Below, in pieces: positions 53,893 to 64,000 of a stretch of 64,000 bases of DNA. Below the pieces are notes generated by a model that had not been told where the DNA came from, did not search any database, and was given only the letters and a program-made list of their open reading frames with translations. The position numbers were made by a program, and so were the translations under genes. This DNA is from Dipteris shenzhenensis (taxonomy: Eukaryota). The stretch's first letter is position 1, and each line of letters starts with the position of its first letter. The stretch is taken from the NCBI GenBank assembly GCA_047967505.1, contig CM106538.1. One strand, 5' to 3'.

Positions 53893-54771
53893 CATTTCCA
53901 AGATGCACACAACCTGTCTTTCCACTGTCATAAGTGGAGAACCATTCCCTATGGGGAGTAACATGGAATGAAGCACCAGAATCCAAAATCCAATTCTGGG
54001 AATATGCATCACCTAAACTGGTAAGCAACTCTGCGGATAAACTAGACATGAAGAGAACGTCATTGTCACTATCATGTGTGACTGCATTGATCTCCTCGAT
54101 CTTCACTTTTCCTTTGTCCTCCCTTGGACTCTCTTCCTTTTGATTTGCACCCCAATTTGCATTCTTTTTCTTATCCTTTTGCTCTCTTTTTAGCTTGTAG
54201 CAATCCTTTTTCATATGGCCCTTCTTGCCATAGTGGTAACACTCAATGTTCCGTGCCCTGGATTTGCTACGAGACTTCCCTCTTTCTTGGGACTTCCCCC
54301 TAAACTGTGATCTGCCCCTTTGCACATTTAACATTTCCAAGATGCACACAACCTATCTTTCCACTGTCATAAGTGGAGAACCATTCCGTATGGGGAGTAA
54401 CATGGAATGAAGCACCAGAATCCAAAATCCAATCCTGGGAATATGCATCATCTGAATTGGTAAGCAACTCTGCAGATAAACTAGACATGAAGAGAACGTC
54501 ATTGTCACTATCATGTGTGACTGCATTGATCTCCTCGATCTTCACTTTTCCTTTGTCCTCCCTTGGACTCTCTTCCTTTTGATTTGCACCCAATTTGCAT
54601 TCTTTTTCTTATCCTTTTGCTCTCTCTTTTTAGCTTGTAGCAATCCTTTTTCATATGGCCCTTCTTGCCACAGTGGTAACACTCAATGTTCCGTGCCCTA
54701 GATTTGCTACGAGACTTCCCTCTTTCTTGGGACTTCCCCCTAAACTGTGATCTGCCCCTTTGCACATTTAA
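53893..54771 (-). repeat. ~440-bp tandem duplication inside Copia C (zinc knuckle plus protease active site)
   Basis: Copies start at 53893 and 54332; both encode WILDSGASFHVTPH. Confidence 0.92.
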
Positions 54772-57215
54772 GGCTGCATCCTGCTTGTTGCCATCCATAG
54801 ACTTCTGTCTAATCTCCTCGGCCAACAAGCTACCCACAACATCATCAAATTTTAGTACTCCACCAGGTGCAAAGTTACTGATAGCTATACGGAAGGTATC
54901 CCATGAGGATGGCAACGAACATAAGAGAAATATTACCTTAGCCTCCGCATCAAAATTCATCTTCTAAGCCTGAAGTTGGCTGAAAATAATATTGAATTCA
55001 TTCAAGTGAGAAGCAATGGAGACCCCTTCCTTCATCTACAGCTCAAACAACCTCTTCATGAGGTAAACTTTATTAGAGGCAATTTCTTTCTCATAAGTGG
55101 CACATAGTTTCTTCCACAAATCTTCCGTGGTCTGCTCATTTACTACTATGAAATAAACTAACTCTGCAAGATGAAGTCTAATAGTAGACTTTGCTAATGC
55201 ATCCAACTCATTCCAATCATCCTCAGACATATTTGCAGGCTTAGCTTCAATCCCTGCCAAGGGTTTAATCTGCTTCTTTTGAATAAGCACATCCCTTATT
55301 TGTTCTTTCCACAAATAAAAGTTTGTCCCATCAAACTTTTTAATGCTAAAAAACTCCTTTTCAGACATGGAAGAGGATGCCATGATGCAAATGAAACAAA
55401 ATCCCAAATGCTAGTGCCTGCAAGAGAGAATCACACCAAATACCAGGTGCACCCAAATGTGTATGCCACAATAGAGTGAAATATCACCAAAACTCAAAGC
55501 TCAAAGCATCAAAAGATGCATCTAACTCATGTGCATATACTATGCATCTATATGAGCAAATCTAGCCCAAAAGAAAATGCCAATAAGTGCCAAATGACTC
55601 AAGCATAAACACCGTCCACTGGCATATGCATCAATAATATCTCATCCAAGAGAGCATAGCACTATCAGTGCATCACCTGCAATGTGTCAAAGCTATCCCT
55701 CAGCATAAAATAGCATCCATGTACAAAGTGTCCATAAAAATAGCATCCCACAAGGCAATTTGGGCCTATCATCGCATCCAATAAGGACCGCAATGCATCC
55801 AAATGGCCTATAAATCATCCACTACAACCCAATGCACACCACGAATGAGCACACATTGCTCAAACTGCAACCAGAGTGATCTGCATAAGGTATGCTCAAG
55901 AAATCATGGTCCCACGGTAATGACCGCTACTGAAAATAGAACCTGAGATGCCTAAAAAACATGGGCGCCATTGCATAATCGAACTCAGCAAGAAAATCTA
56001 TAAATATCTCTCTTCTGCTAGAACTCCAAAATCCCAACCGATGAGTGAGAAATGGGAGTCAACACTTATCCACTGCCATGTGGCATAAATCTAAGGTTTC
56101 AAAACCTTAGAATGAAAAATGCATAACAGAGAGACGAAATCAAATACACAGGGATCTTTAACTCTAAAAATCCTCCACCGAATCACACAAGAACTGATAG
56201 GTAGGGGTTTTTGGGTGTCTGGAACGCAATGGGATAGACGGTTTTGGAAACCGTGGTCTCAATCACTGGGTCCAACACACGGACTGAAAAACGTTTTCAG
56301 AAACAGAGCTTTTGTAAACTCCACTGGAGTGTGAATGATGAGCAACATAGAAGTTTTAGGACCTCCTAAGTCCACCGGAACTGACAGATCTACAAACGGT
56401 TGCTCCAAACTTGAGTTCCAACACCCGGGCAAAAAACGCAAAAACTGACACAGTGAGTCAAAAATCCAATGAAATGATCCCAGATTCAAGAATGAAGGTG
56501 TTTCCAAGCTCTTGAAGTGAAGTGGACACCAAAAGCAAGCAATAGTTGCCTCTACAAGTCAATACAGAGTCTCTATCATCGAATGGAACAGGGAAAAGCT
56601 TTAAGAAAAATGACTTTTTCTTTGAAAACTCTTAACAGGCTCTCAAAACCACTTCGCAAAAACAAAGTGACTTTTCCAAAGGTCCTCCAAGGTCTTTGCA
56701 CACTCAAATGCAAGTAAAGTCACCCACAAAGCTTCCCACAGAGCTTCTCCTTCCTCCCACAGAGTTGTTGAGCTTCAAGCATTCACACATGCTCAGCTAG
56801 ATCACCCGGGCTCTGATACCAGTTGAGAGTGCTCTCAACGAAAGCAAGAATGGAAGAAGGAGAGAGAGAGAGAGAGACAGAGAACCACACAAGTTTTGGT
56901 GGGTGTAGAACCACCCTAATCTTCTTTTTAATTCATTTATATACGTGTTTGAGTATTCTACATAACTGGGGTAAAGGCACAGTGACCTTTAACCCCCACA
57001 GGGAATGCCAAGAGACCCATGTGTGTGGGGATACCAAGGGGTGCATGGTGTGGGCAACGAAGGGGCATAATCCTCTATATATGTATTCATGCACATAGCA
57101 GTTAATACAATCAGTTACATTCTTCCATCTTCCTTGTGTCATATCTTCTTGATCAGAGTTTTGAGAGTCTCTTGTGGGTTCATTACATGTACTGGCCAAG
57201 GGCCTCTACACTTTG

Positions 57216-57960
57216 TGAAGAATTTCCCATTTTATACTTTGGTGGTAGCTGTTGTTTTGTAATTTTTTTTTTAACCTTGGATATTCAAAGAATAAAGTTG
57301 GATAGTTATGTTCTTAACATTGTTTATCTTTAAGTATGAATATTGGTTTTTGGTCTTCAGTTGGAGTTATTGCCAATACTTGAGTTTCATTCTCAAAGAC
57401 AGCATGTGAACTCGTAAACCATGCAAAAGCGTATGTGTGTGCTATTTTGATGTATCTCAAAATAGTCCTCTGTACTTTTGATGTTGGTATCTTCGATTGT
57501 AGTTGAAAGTTTGAATAGTGGTAGCCATTATGCCAAGGTTGTTACATTTGGTTCTTTATAAATAGGCTTATTGGCTAAGATATGCAAAGCTTTCATAACA
57601 CGGTTTGGACGTACTATTCCTATAATGTATCGATTTTTGTATTCCATACATCTTTTAATTGCAACAACAATTATTGTTTCATCATCTAGTTGGCATGGCA
57701 AAATGGATTGTACAATATCTATGTTGTTTGGTACATTGATGATGCTTCATTTCATGATATATTGCCCATATCTAGAGTATTATCATATTTGTGTAATAGT
57801 TGCACATGGTGCTATCAAACGCTCTTTGAGTTGGTTTAAATTTGATATTTCTTTTAGTTGAATTAGTATATCGTTGAATTTTGTCTTTGTTAACATCTTG
57901 CAAGCAAGCTTTGCATATGTCTAAATTGTCAACAAAGTTGAGGCACTGCAATGTAGCTTT
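57216..57960 (-). mobile_element. Helitron 5' piece (DUF6570-like region)
   Basis: Minus strand reads ICKACLQD...LNQLKERLIAP...GQYIMK*SIINVP...ILP...VAIKRCMEYK...VRPNRVMKALHILANKPIY, the typical N-terminal region of group-2 Helitron RepHel. Confidence 0.82.
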
Positions 57961-58430
57961 TGATAGCAAAAGTGAGAGATGGAGAGCGACAAGAGAGGAG
58001 TGCACATGATATAGCTACACTAAGTGTATTGACAAGGAGGAGGAGAAGGAGGAGAGGGGAGGAGGAGATGGGGGGTAGAGAGAAGAAGGAGGAAGAGGAA
58101 GAGGAGGAGCAGGAGGAGGAGGAGGAGGAGGAGGAGGGAGGAAGGAGGAGAAAGGAGAAGGAAGGAGGAGGAGGAGGAGGAGGGAGTACAAGGGTAGAGA
58201 GTGAAGGGTAAGGGCATCCTAAAACACGATAGTGTAAGAGAGCATGGTTGCAATGGCGATCAATTGCATGAACACAATAGTGAGCTTGAACATTGAACCC
58301 CAAAGAGTGGGAGCTTCATTCCATTGAGAGATATTTATACATGTTGGTCTCTACACAATCCATAGGTACCTCCATGGTGGGACCTCTTTGTTGACTCTGT
58401 GCCAACATGAACTTATGAAGAAAGAGAAGG

Positions 58431-58780
58431 TGTTACAACTTTGTGATACAACTTTGTGATACAACTTTGTGTTACAACTTTGTGTTACAACTTCCAGACA
58501 CAACTTTGTGTTACGACTTTGTGTAACAACTTTGTGTTACGAGTTTGTCTACATGAAGAGAGAGAATGTGTTACGACTTTGTGACACAACTTTGTGTTAC
58601 AACTTTGTGTAACAACTTTGTGTTACAACTTCTACATGTAGAGAGAGAATGTGTTACAACTTTGTGTTACAACTTTGTGATACAACTTTGTGTTACAACT
58701 TTGTGATATGACTTTGTGTTACATGGAAACTTTGTGATACAACTTTGTGTTACAACTTTGTGATATGACTTTGTGTTACA
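58431..58780. repeat. 13-bp minisatellite (T/A)TACAACTTTGTG
   Basis: About 20 copies, interrupted by CATG..GAGAGAGAATG blocks. Confidence 0.92.
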
Positions 58781-59229
58781 TGGAGAGAGAGAAGCTCTCC
58801 AACTTGTATAAATACCCCATAATGGAATGAAGCCCACACTCTTTGGGGCATTGTGTTGAGTCTACTTTGGTATTCCAAGCATTTGTCTCAAGTGTCCATG
58901 CTTCCTTGCACTGCACGTCCAAAAGCATGTCCTAACCTTGCAACCCTTCTCCCCTCTCCTCCAACCCTGCAACCCACCCTCTCTCTCTCCTCCTCCCTCC
59001 TCCTCCTTCCTCCTTCTCCTGCTCCTCCCTCCTCCTCCTCCTCCTCCTCCTTCCTCATTCTCCTCCTCCTCTCTCCTCCCCCTCCATCCTCCTCTTCCCT
59101 CCTCCTCCTTCCTCCTCTCACTTCTTTCATCCATGCTCTTACACCTTCTTCCTCTCCCACTCCTATGCTTTCCTAAACCCTTAAACTCCATGATCTACGA
59201 GGGAGACGAGTTCTCCACCATGTACTCTA

Positions 59230-59420
59230 CTCTGAACCTTGGATCCTCCTTCTAACCCTGGACTCCTTCTAAACCTTGGAACCTCCTTCTAAACCCTGGA
59301 ACTCTTTCTAAACCCTGGAACCTCCTTCTAAACCTTGGAACTCTTTCTAAACCCTGGAACCTCCTTCTGAACCCTGGAACCTCCTTTTGAACCCTTAAAC
59401 TCCTCCTAAACCCTACAACT
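59230..59420. repeat. ~21-bp tandem repeat (ctaaaccctggaacctccttc-type)
   Basis: Roughly 8-9 degenerate copies. Confidence 0.88.
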
Positions 59421-59668
59421 CCCAATAAAGGCGAAAGCCTTCATTACCTCAACAAAGATGATTTACGTGCCTTTTACACATGCTTGCACTTTGTTTGCTT
59501 ACCACACTTAAGCCTACGTCTCTCACCGGAACACGACTCGAGGTCCTAAGCTACACATATACTACAACCGACAATCCCAATATATCTGTAGGTGACAAAA
59601 AGCCTCGGAACCCTGCAACATAGAATACCTAGCTCTTCCTACGAAAGCAGTAGGAAAGAGCCAACATT

Positions 59669-59686
59669 TGGCACCGCTGTTGGGGA
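59669..59686 (+). promoter_or_regulatory. Primer-binding site, tRNA-Asp type
   Basis: TGGCACCGCTGTTGGGGA resembles the TGGCGCCGTTGCCGGGGA PBS of Athila-type non-chromovirus Gypsy elements. Confidence 0.75.
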
Positions 59687-60329
59687 GACTAGCGTCTCAA
59701 GTAGTGAGTAAACATACGTAGGTATGTGTAAAACAAGTCACTACTTCAAACTTTCATGAACATAACACTCAAGGGCAAGGAGAGTAAAATTTTTTTCCAA
59801 TTCTAGCCAAACATATCAACCCCAAACATCCACTTTGGGTTACTACCTTAATAAATTTTCTTAATTTCTTAAATAGAAGCCACATCATATACAATCAGGC
59901 TAGGTAGTGGACACGGATGCGTAGAGCTTTCAATTTGGATCATTTTACCTTTTACAGAAAAGCAAACCGAGCTCTCCATAAAGAGTTATGGCTCGGGAAG
60001 AGTTTAGGGTTAAACCCTTAACCTAAACCCTAAACCTAAAATCCAATCCTATAAAAACCTACTCCACCCCCCTCATTCTTCATCTTTCACTTTTTGCCTC
60101 CATTCTCTTCTTCATTCCGAGCCCCATGCAAGACACTCCTCCCTCTCCCCTTACTCCTATCCTCGCAATGTAAGTGACATCGAGCCCCTCTCGCAGCGAT
60201 GACCTAGCCTTCCACCCACCGTCCATTGTTCCACAACAATCCCGTTACATCGAGAAAGACTTGGAGAGCGTTCAGGTGACCACTTCTCCCTGCTTTTCGA
60301 TTTCCGTCTTTCAGGTTTTTTGCTCTTTT

Positions 60330-61950
60330 TTACACCTCCCCCTCTCCCCTCCCCCTCCATTTCCACCTCCCCCTCCCCCCTCCCCCTCCATCTCCACCAC
60401 CACCTCCCCCTCCCCCTTCATCTCCACCTCCCCCTTCCCCCTCCCCCTCCATCTCCACCTCCCCCTCCCCCCTCCCCCTCCATCTCCACCACCACCTCCC
60501 CCCCTCCCCCTCCCCCTCCCCCTCCACCTCCCCCTCTCCCCCTCCCCCTTCATCTCCACCTCCCCCCCTCCCCCTCCCCCTTCATCTCCACCTCCCCCTC
60601 TCCCCCTCCCTCTCCATCTCCACCTTCCCCCCTCCCCCTCCCCCTTCATCTCCACCCCCCCCTCTCCCCCTCCCCCTCCACCACCACCTTCCCCCCTCCC
60701 CCTCCCCCTTCATCTCCACCTCCCCCTCTCCCCCTCCCTCTCCATCTCCACCTTCCCCCCTCCCCCTCCCCCTTCATCTCCACCCCCCCCTCTCCCCCTC
60801 CCCCTTCATCTCCACCTCCCCCTCTCCCCCTCCCCCTCCATCTCCACCTCCCCCTCCCCCTCCCCCTTCATCTCCTCCTCCCCCTCCCCCTCCCCCTTCA
60901 TCTCCCCCTCCCCCTCCCCCCTCCCACCTCCACCACCTCCACCACCTCCCTTTCACTCTCTCTCTTTCTTTCTCTCTCTATCCCCCTCCCTTTATCTCTC
61001 TCATTTTCTCCCCCTCCCCCTCTCTCTCCTTTCTCTCTCCTCTCTCCCCCTTTTTCCCCCCTCTCTCTCTCCACTCTCCCCCTCCCACCCCCTCTTTCTC
61101 TCACTCTCTCCTCTCCCCCCCTCGTTCCCTCTCCCACCCCCTCTCTCTCTCACTCTCTCCTCTCTCCCCCTCATTCCCTCCCCCACCCCTTCTTTCTCTC
61201 ACTCTCTCCTCTCTCCCCCTCGTTCTCTCTCCCACCCCCTCTCTCTCTCACTCTCTCCTCTCTCCCCCTCATTCCCTCCCCCACCCCTTCTCTCTCTCTC
61301 CCCCTTACCCCGGTCAACCCCCAACCCCACCCCACCCCACCTCCACCCCTCCCACGGCGGTGCTCCGTAGAGCCGCCGCCGCCCCCACGCACCCCCCAAC
61401 CCCGCCCCGCCGCCCGCCACCCCTCTCTAGCCCCGCTCATGCCACTCCCCCGCCACCCCTCTCTAACCTCGCTCACGCCACTCCCCCGCCACGCCTCTCT
61501 AGCCTCGCCCCCGCGGCGGCGCACACAGCGCCGCCCCCCACTCACGCCACTCCCCCGCCTCGCCCCCGTGGTGGCACACACAGCGCCGCCCCCCGCTCAT
61601 GCCACTCCCCCACCCTAACCCCGCTCTCACCCCCCGCCCGCCCCGCGCCTCCTCGCTCGGCCCGTGCCTCCCTGCCCCCGCCCGTGCCTCCCCGCCCCCG
61701 CCCACGCCTCCCCGCCCGATGCCTCCCCGCCCCCGCCCGCGCCTCCCCGCCCGACGCCCGCGCGCCCTCCCCCGTCGCCCAGCCCCCTCCCCCCGCCACC
61801 CCTCGCCCTCCCCCGTCGCAAAGCCCCCTCTCCCCTCCACCCCCTCACCCGCGCCCTCGGCCGCCTCACCCCCTCCCCCACGCCGCCCCTCTCCCCCTCT
61901 CAGCGTTGCCCCCCCCCCGGCGCCGCCGTCACGAAGTCCAGCACCCCCCG
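60330..61950. repeat. Extremely C-rich low-complexity/minisatellite tract in the Gypsy F leader
   Basis: CCCCCT/CCACCT/TCATCT hexamer arrays, then CT-rich units, then CpG-rich CCCCG repeats, ending near an A-run at ~61953-61970. Confidence 0.9.
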
Positions 61951-61994
61951 TTAAAAAAAAAAAAAAAAAACCTAACCTAAAACTAACTTCGGGT

Positions 61995-62241
61995 CTCGGG
62001 GGGGTCACTCATCATATGTAACCCTATCACGTGAGTTCAACAGAAGGATATTTTTTATTCCTAAAATTTACAGAAATAAATATACATAAGGGATTATTTA
62101 AAATAGTTTTTGAAAAAATTTACAGATTTGTATAGAAAAGGGGTACATTTTATTGATGAAAAATTTTACAGATAAGGGATTTTAAATATAGGCCTTGAAC
62201 GCATGTGATATAGAGGGTTTATACATAGTGACCCCCCCGAG
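61995..62241. mobile_element. 247-bp MITE with TIRs and 8-bp TSD (hAT-type TSD length)
   Basis: TIR CTCGGGGGGGTCACT...AGTGACCCCCCCGAG, extending imperfectly to ~45 bp; flanked by CTTCGGGT at 61987-61994 and 62242-62249; AT-rich core. Confidence 0.88.
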
Positions 62242-63132
62242 CTTCGGGTTAGTGACTAACTACGGTTAGGTTAGTTGGTTAACCTAGGTTAGGTTAGGCT
62301 AGGTTAGTTGGTTAACCCTAGGCTAGTTAGTCTAACTCAGTTAGATTAGGTTAAGCTAGGTTAGTTAGCAGAAACCTAGGCTAGGTTAGTTTTGCCTTTG
62401 GTTCGGTTAGTTTAACCTAACCTCAGTTAACGTAACTATAGTTAGTTACACTAACTAAGTTAGACTATGGTCAGTCTAACCCTCACTAGGCTAGGTTAGA
62501 CTAACTGATTAGTTAGTCTAACTAGATCAACTTGGTTTCAACCCCTCGGTTGGACTTAAAGTCCATTCACACCACCATTAGGACCCCCCAAACGCAAAAT
62601 TTACCCCTCCTTTAACCCCTCGAAACTCATCCGTTTGGGACCCAAATTGAACCCCGTTTGAACCCAGATTTCACACACGAAAACACCATGATACCGGGTA
62701 TTTTTCCAGCCCATTGCACACCATTTCAGCATCCCTAGCACACGTTCATTTGTGCCCCCGTGTGGGCCTCATTTTGCATTAATTCACTCGTATTTTCACG
62801 TTGTGACCTCCGATTAACGATCCGTCTGCACCGGCACATTTCCCTACACACGTAGGACAATCTTAGGCACATTATTAACACGACGGTCCCTACAGACACT
62901 AACACCACTCTTACTGTCCTAACAACACCACATCCACAAACGCACTTGGGGTAGCGACACCCTTGGCAAATCACACACAATCTGCATGCAGTTATGTTCC
63001 GACCAATGACTTTGACTCCAACGCTCGCCCCATCTGCAACTAACTCCACTGCAACAACCGCCCCTGCCAATCCTCTACCCCGAATCCCCCCCTGAGATTC
63101 AACAACTCCCTTTAACTCCTCCATGCCCCAAC

Positions 63133-64000
63133 ATGGCTGGACGTCGTCATGACCATGATGGGGATATCGAGCTCGATGCAGAGGCTGACAACTTCTTCAA
63201 TCGACAAAATCACAACAATCAAGGCCGATGCCCCTTGGGAAAACTAGAACTTTCCAAATATAATGGTAGGGGAGACCCAGCTCGCTTCCTCCAGCATTTT
63301 GATGCCGCATGTCGAGCAGGTGGTGATCAATCCCATGAAACTAAGGTGGCTTGGTTTCCAATGGCCTTAATTGATGAGGCGTCAGAATGGTACCTCGACC
63401 TTCTCGTGGAAGAACGTGCCACATGGGACCTACTTCAAACCGAATTCAAACGTCGCTTTCAAACGGAGAGGCTACAAGATGATCCCGCTCTCCAACTCAG
63501 CAAGATCGAACAAGGCCGGAGGGAAGATGTACGCACATACCTGGGAAAGATGAAGAGATTGATCGCCAAATGTGACCCACGCCCAGATGCAAAGTACCTC
63601 ACGGCATGGTTCATAGCAGGTCTAAGAAAGAAAATCCGCAAGGATATGAAAAAGATAAGTAGCTATGAAACATTCAGTGCTGCTCATGCGGCAGCCATTG
63701 ACATCGAAGATGGCATGACAGATTTAGACACTTGCAGTGATGATGCCAGATCAAATACACGAGATAAACGCTCGAAAAAAGGTAAATCAAAGGACACTGC
63801 CGAAACATCCAATGAAGATCGCCTAGAGGCCATGACCTTGAAGCTGAAAGAAGATATGATGCAGGCCATGGATCAAAAACTCCACTTGTCTCAGCCGCCA
63901 ACTCAAACATATCCACGGCGAGAAAATGTCTGGTGCCCACACTACTTGGCAAATCATACAGCAAATGAATGCCCAGTCCTAAGAGCAAGGATCACTGCAC
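63133..64000 (+). CDS. Gypsy F retrotransposon Gag, open to the window end (absent from ORF track)
   Basis: ATG at 63133 reads MAGRRHDHDGDIELD...LSKYNGRGDPARFLQHF...FPMALIDEASEWY...TWDLLQTEFKRRF...IEQGRREDVRTY...WFIAGL...WCPHYLANHTANECP; I found no stop in 289 codons. Confidence 0.88.
   Translation, partial: MAGRRHDHDGDIELDAEADNFFNRQNHNNQGRCPLGKLELSKYNGRGDPARFLQHFDAACRAGGDQSHETKVAWFPMALIDEASEWYLDLLVEERATWDLLQTEFKRRFQTERLQDDPALQLSKIEQGRREDVRTYLGKMKRLIAKCDPRPDAKYLTAWFIAGLRKKIRKDMKKISSYETFSAAHAAAIDIEDGMTDLDTCSDDARSNTRDKRSKKGKSKDTAETSNEDRLEAMTLKLKEDMMQAMDQKLHLSQPPTQTYPRRENVWCPHYLANHTANECPVLRARITA

Larger units (their letters stand above)
45186..57000 (-). mobile_element. Ty1/Copia LTR retrotransposon C, inserted in the 3' LTR of element B
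   Basis: LTRs 45186-45370 and 56824-57000; TSD GGGAA at 45181-45185 and 57001-57005; PBS TGGTATCAGAGC on minus strand at 56810-56821; PPT AAGTGGGAGG. Broken gag-pol from ~55400 (KFDGTNFYLWK) to 45424 (RNase H). Confidence 0.95.
42390..57210 (+). mobile_element. LTR element B (non-autonomous/degenerate, ~2.5-kb interior), inserted in Helitron
   Basis: 5' LTR 42390-42635; 3' LTR split into 45145-45185 and 57006-57210; TSD CTTTG at 42385-42389 and 57211-57215; PBS-like TGGTGGCCAC after the 5' LTR. No long ORF in the interior. Confidence 0.88.
57961..59666 (+). repeat. Probable 5' LTR (~1.7 kb) of Gypsy F
   Basis: Starts TGATAG where the Helitron coding stops and ends CCAACA two bases before the PBS. 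The partner LTR is outside the window, so the start is inferred. Confidence 0.65.

Noticed and set aside
58431-58780. CRISPR-like appearance of regular short repeats (also 10984-11207 and 59230-59420)
   Set aside because: Head-to-tail tandem units with no unique spacers, no cas genes, eukaryotic context.
57929-59255. Poly-Glu/Ser/Pro ORFs
   Set aside because: Translations of GGA/TCC tracts in the LTR.
60174-62021. Long Pro-rich 'extensin-like' ORFs (398 and 432 aa) and Gly/Arg-rich antisense ORFs
   Set aside because: C-rich repeats lack stop codons in several frames at once; no signal peptide or SPPPP-Tyr/Lys pattern; located in a retrotransposon leader.

Overview
Eukaryotic, plant-type, transposon-dense window. 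A non-seed plant is my inference, not something the sequence proves. One intact host gene is supported: a two-exon GNAT acetyltransferase of the bacterial-like YjcF/ElaA type (+, 2111-2277 joined to 2366-2822, 207 aa), whose real start and intron the ORF track misses. Bases 1-20 kb hold LINE fragments, a decayed hAT transposase, tandem duplications, microsatellites and a miRNA-sized hairpin (19501-19593). Bases ~20.3-64 kb form one nested TE complex whose order can be read from target-site duplications. The base layer is a minus-strand group-2 Helitron (DUF6570-like region, Rep, PIF1 helicase, and the start of an EEP endonuclease domain, i.e. Helentron-like), split into three pieces. It is interrupted by (i) Gypsy A (24295-42028), which contains Copia D (25244-36436), which contains a 9-bp-TSD Mutator-like element (29013-32964); (ii) LTR element B (42390-57210), whose 3' LTR contains Copia C (45186-57000), which contains a very young Copia E (45933-51430); and (iii) Gypsy F (from ~57961 past the window end). 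Gypsy F has a 1.7-kb LTR with a diverged palindrome, back-to-back TATA motifs and a 13-bp minisatellite, a 3.4-kb C-rich leader holding an 8-bp-TSD MITE, and an open gag. No rRNA, tRNA or CRISPR array was seen. All family assignments come from motifs read by eye; no database searches were run.
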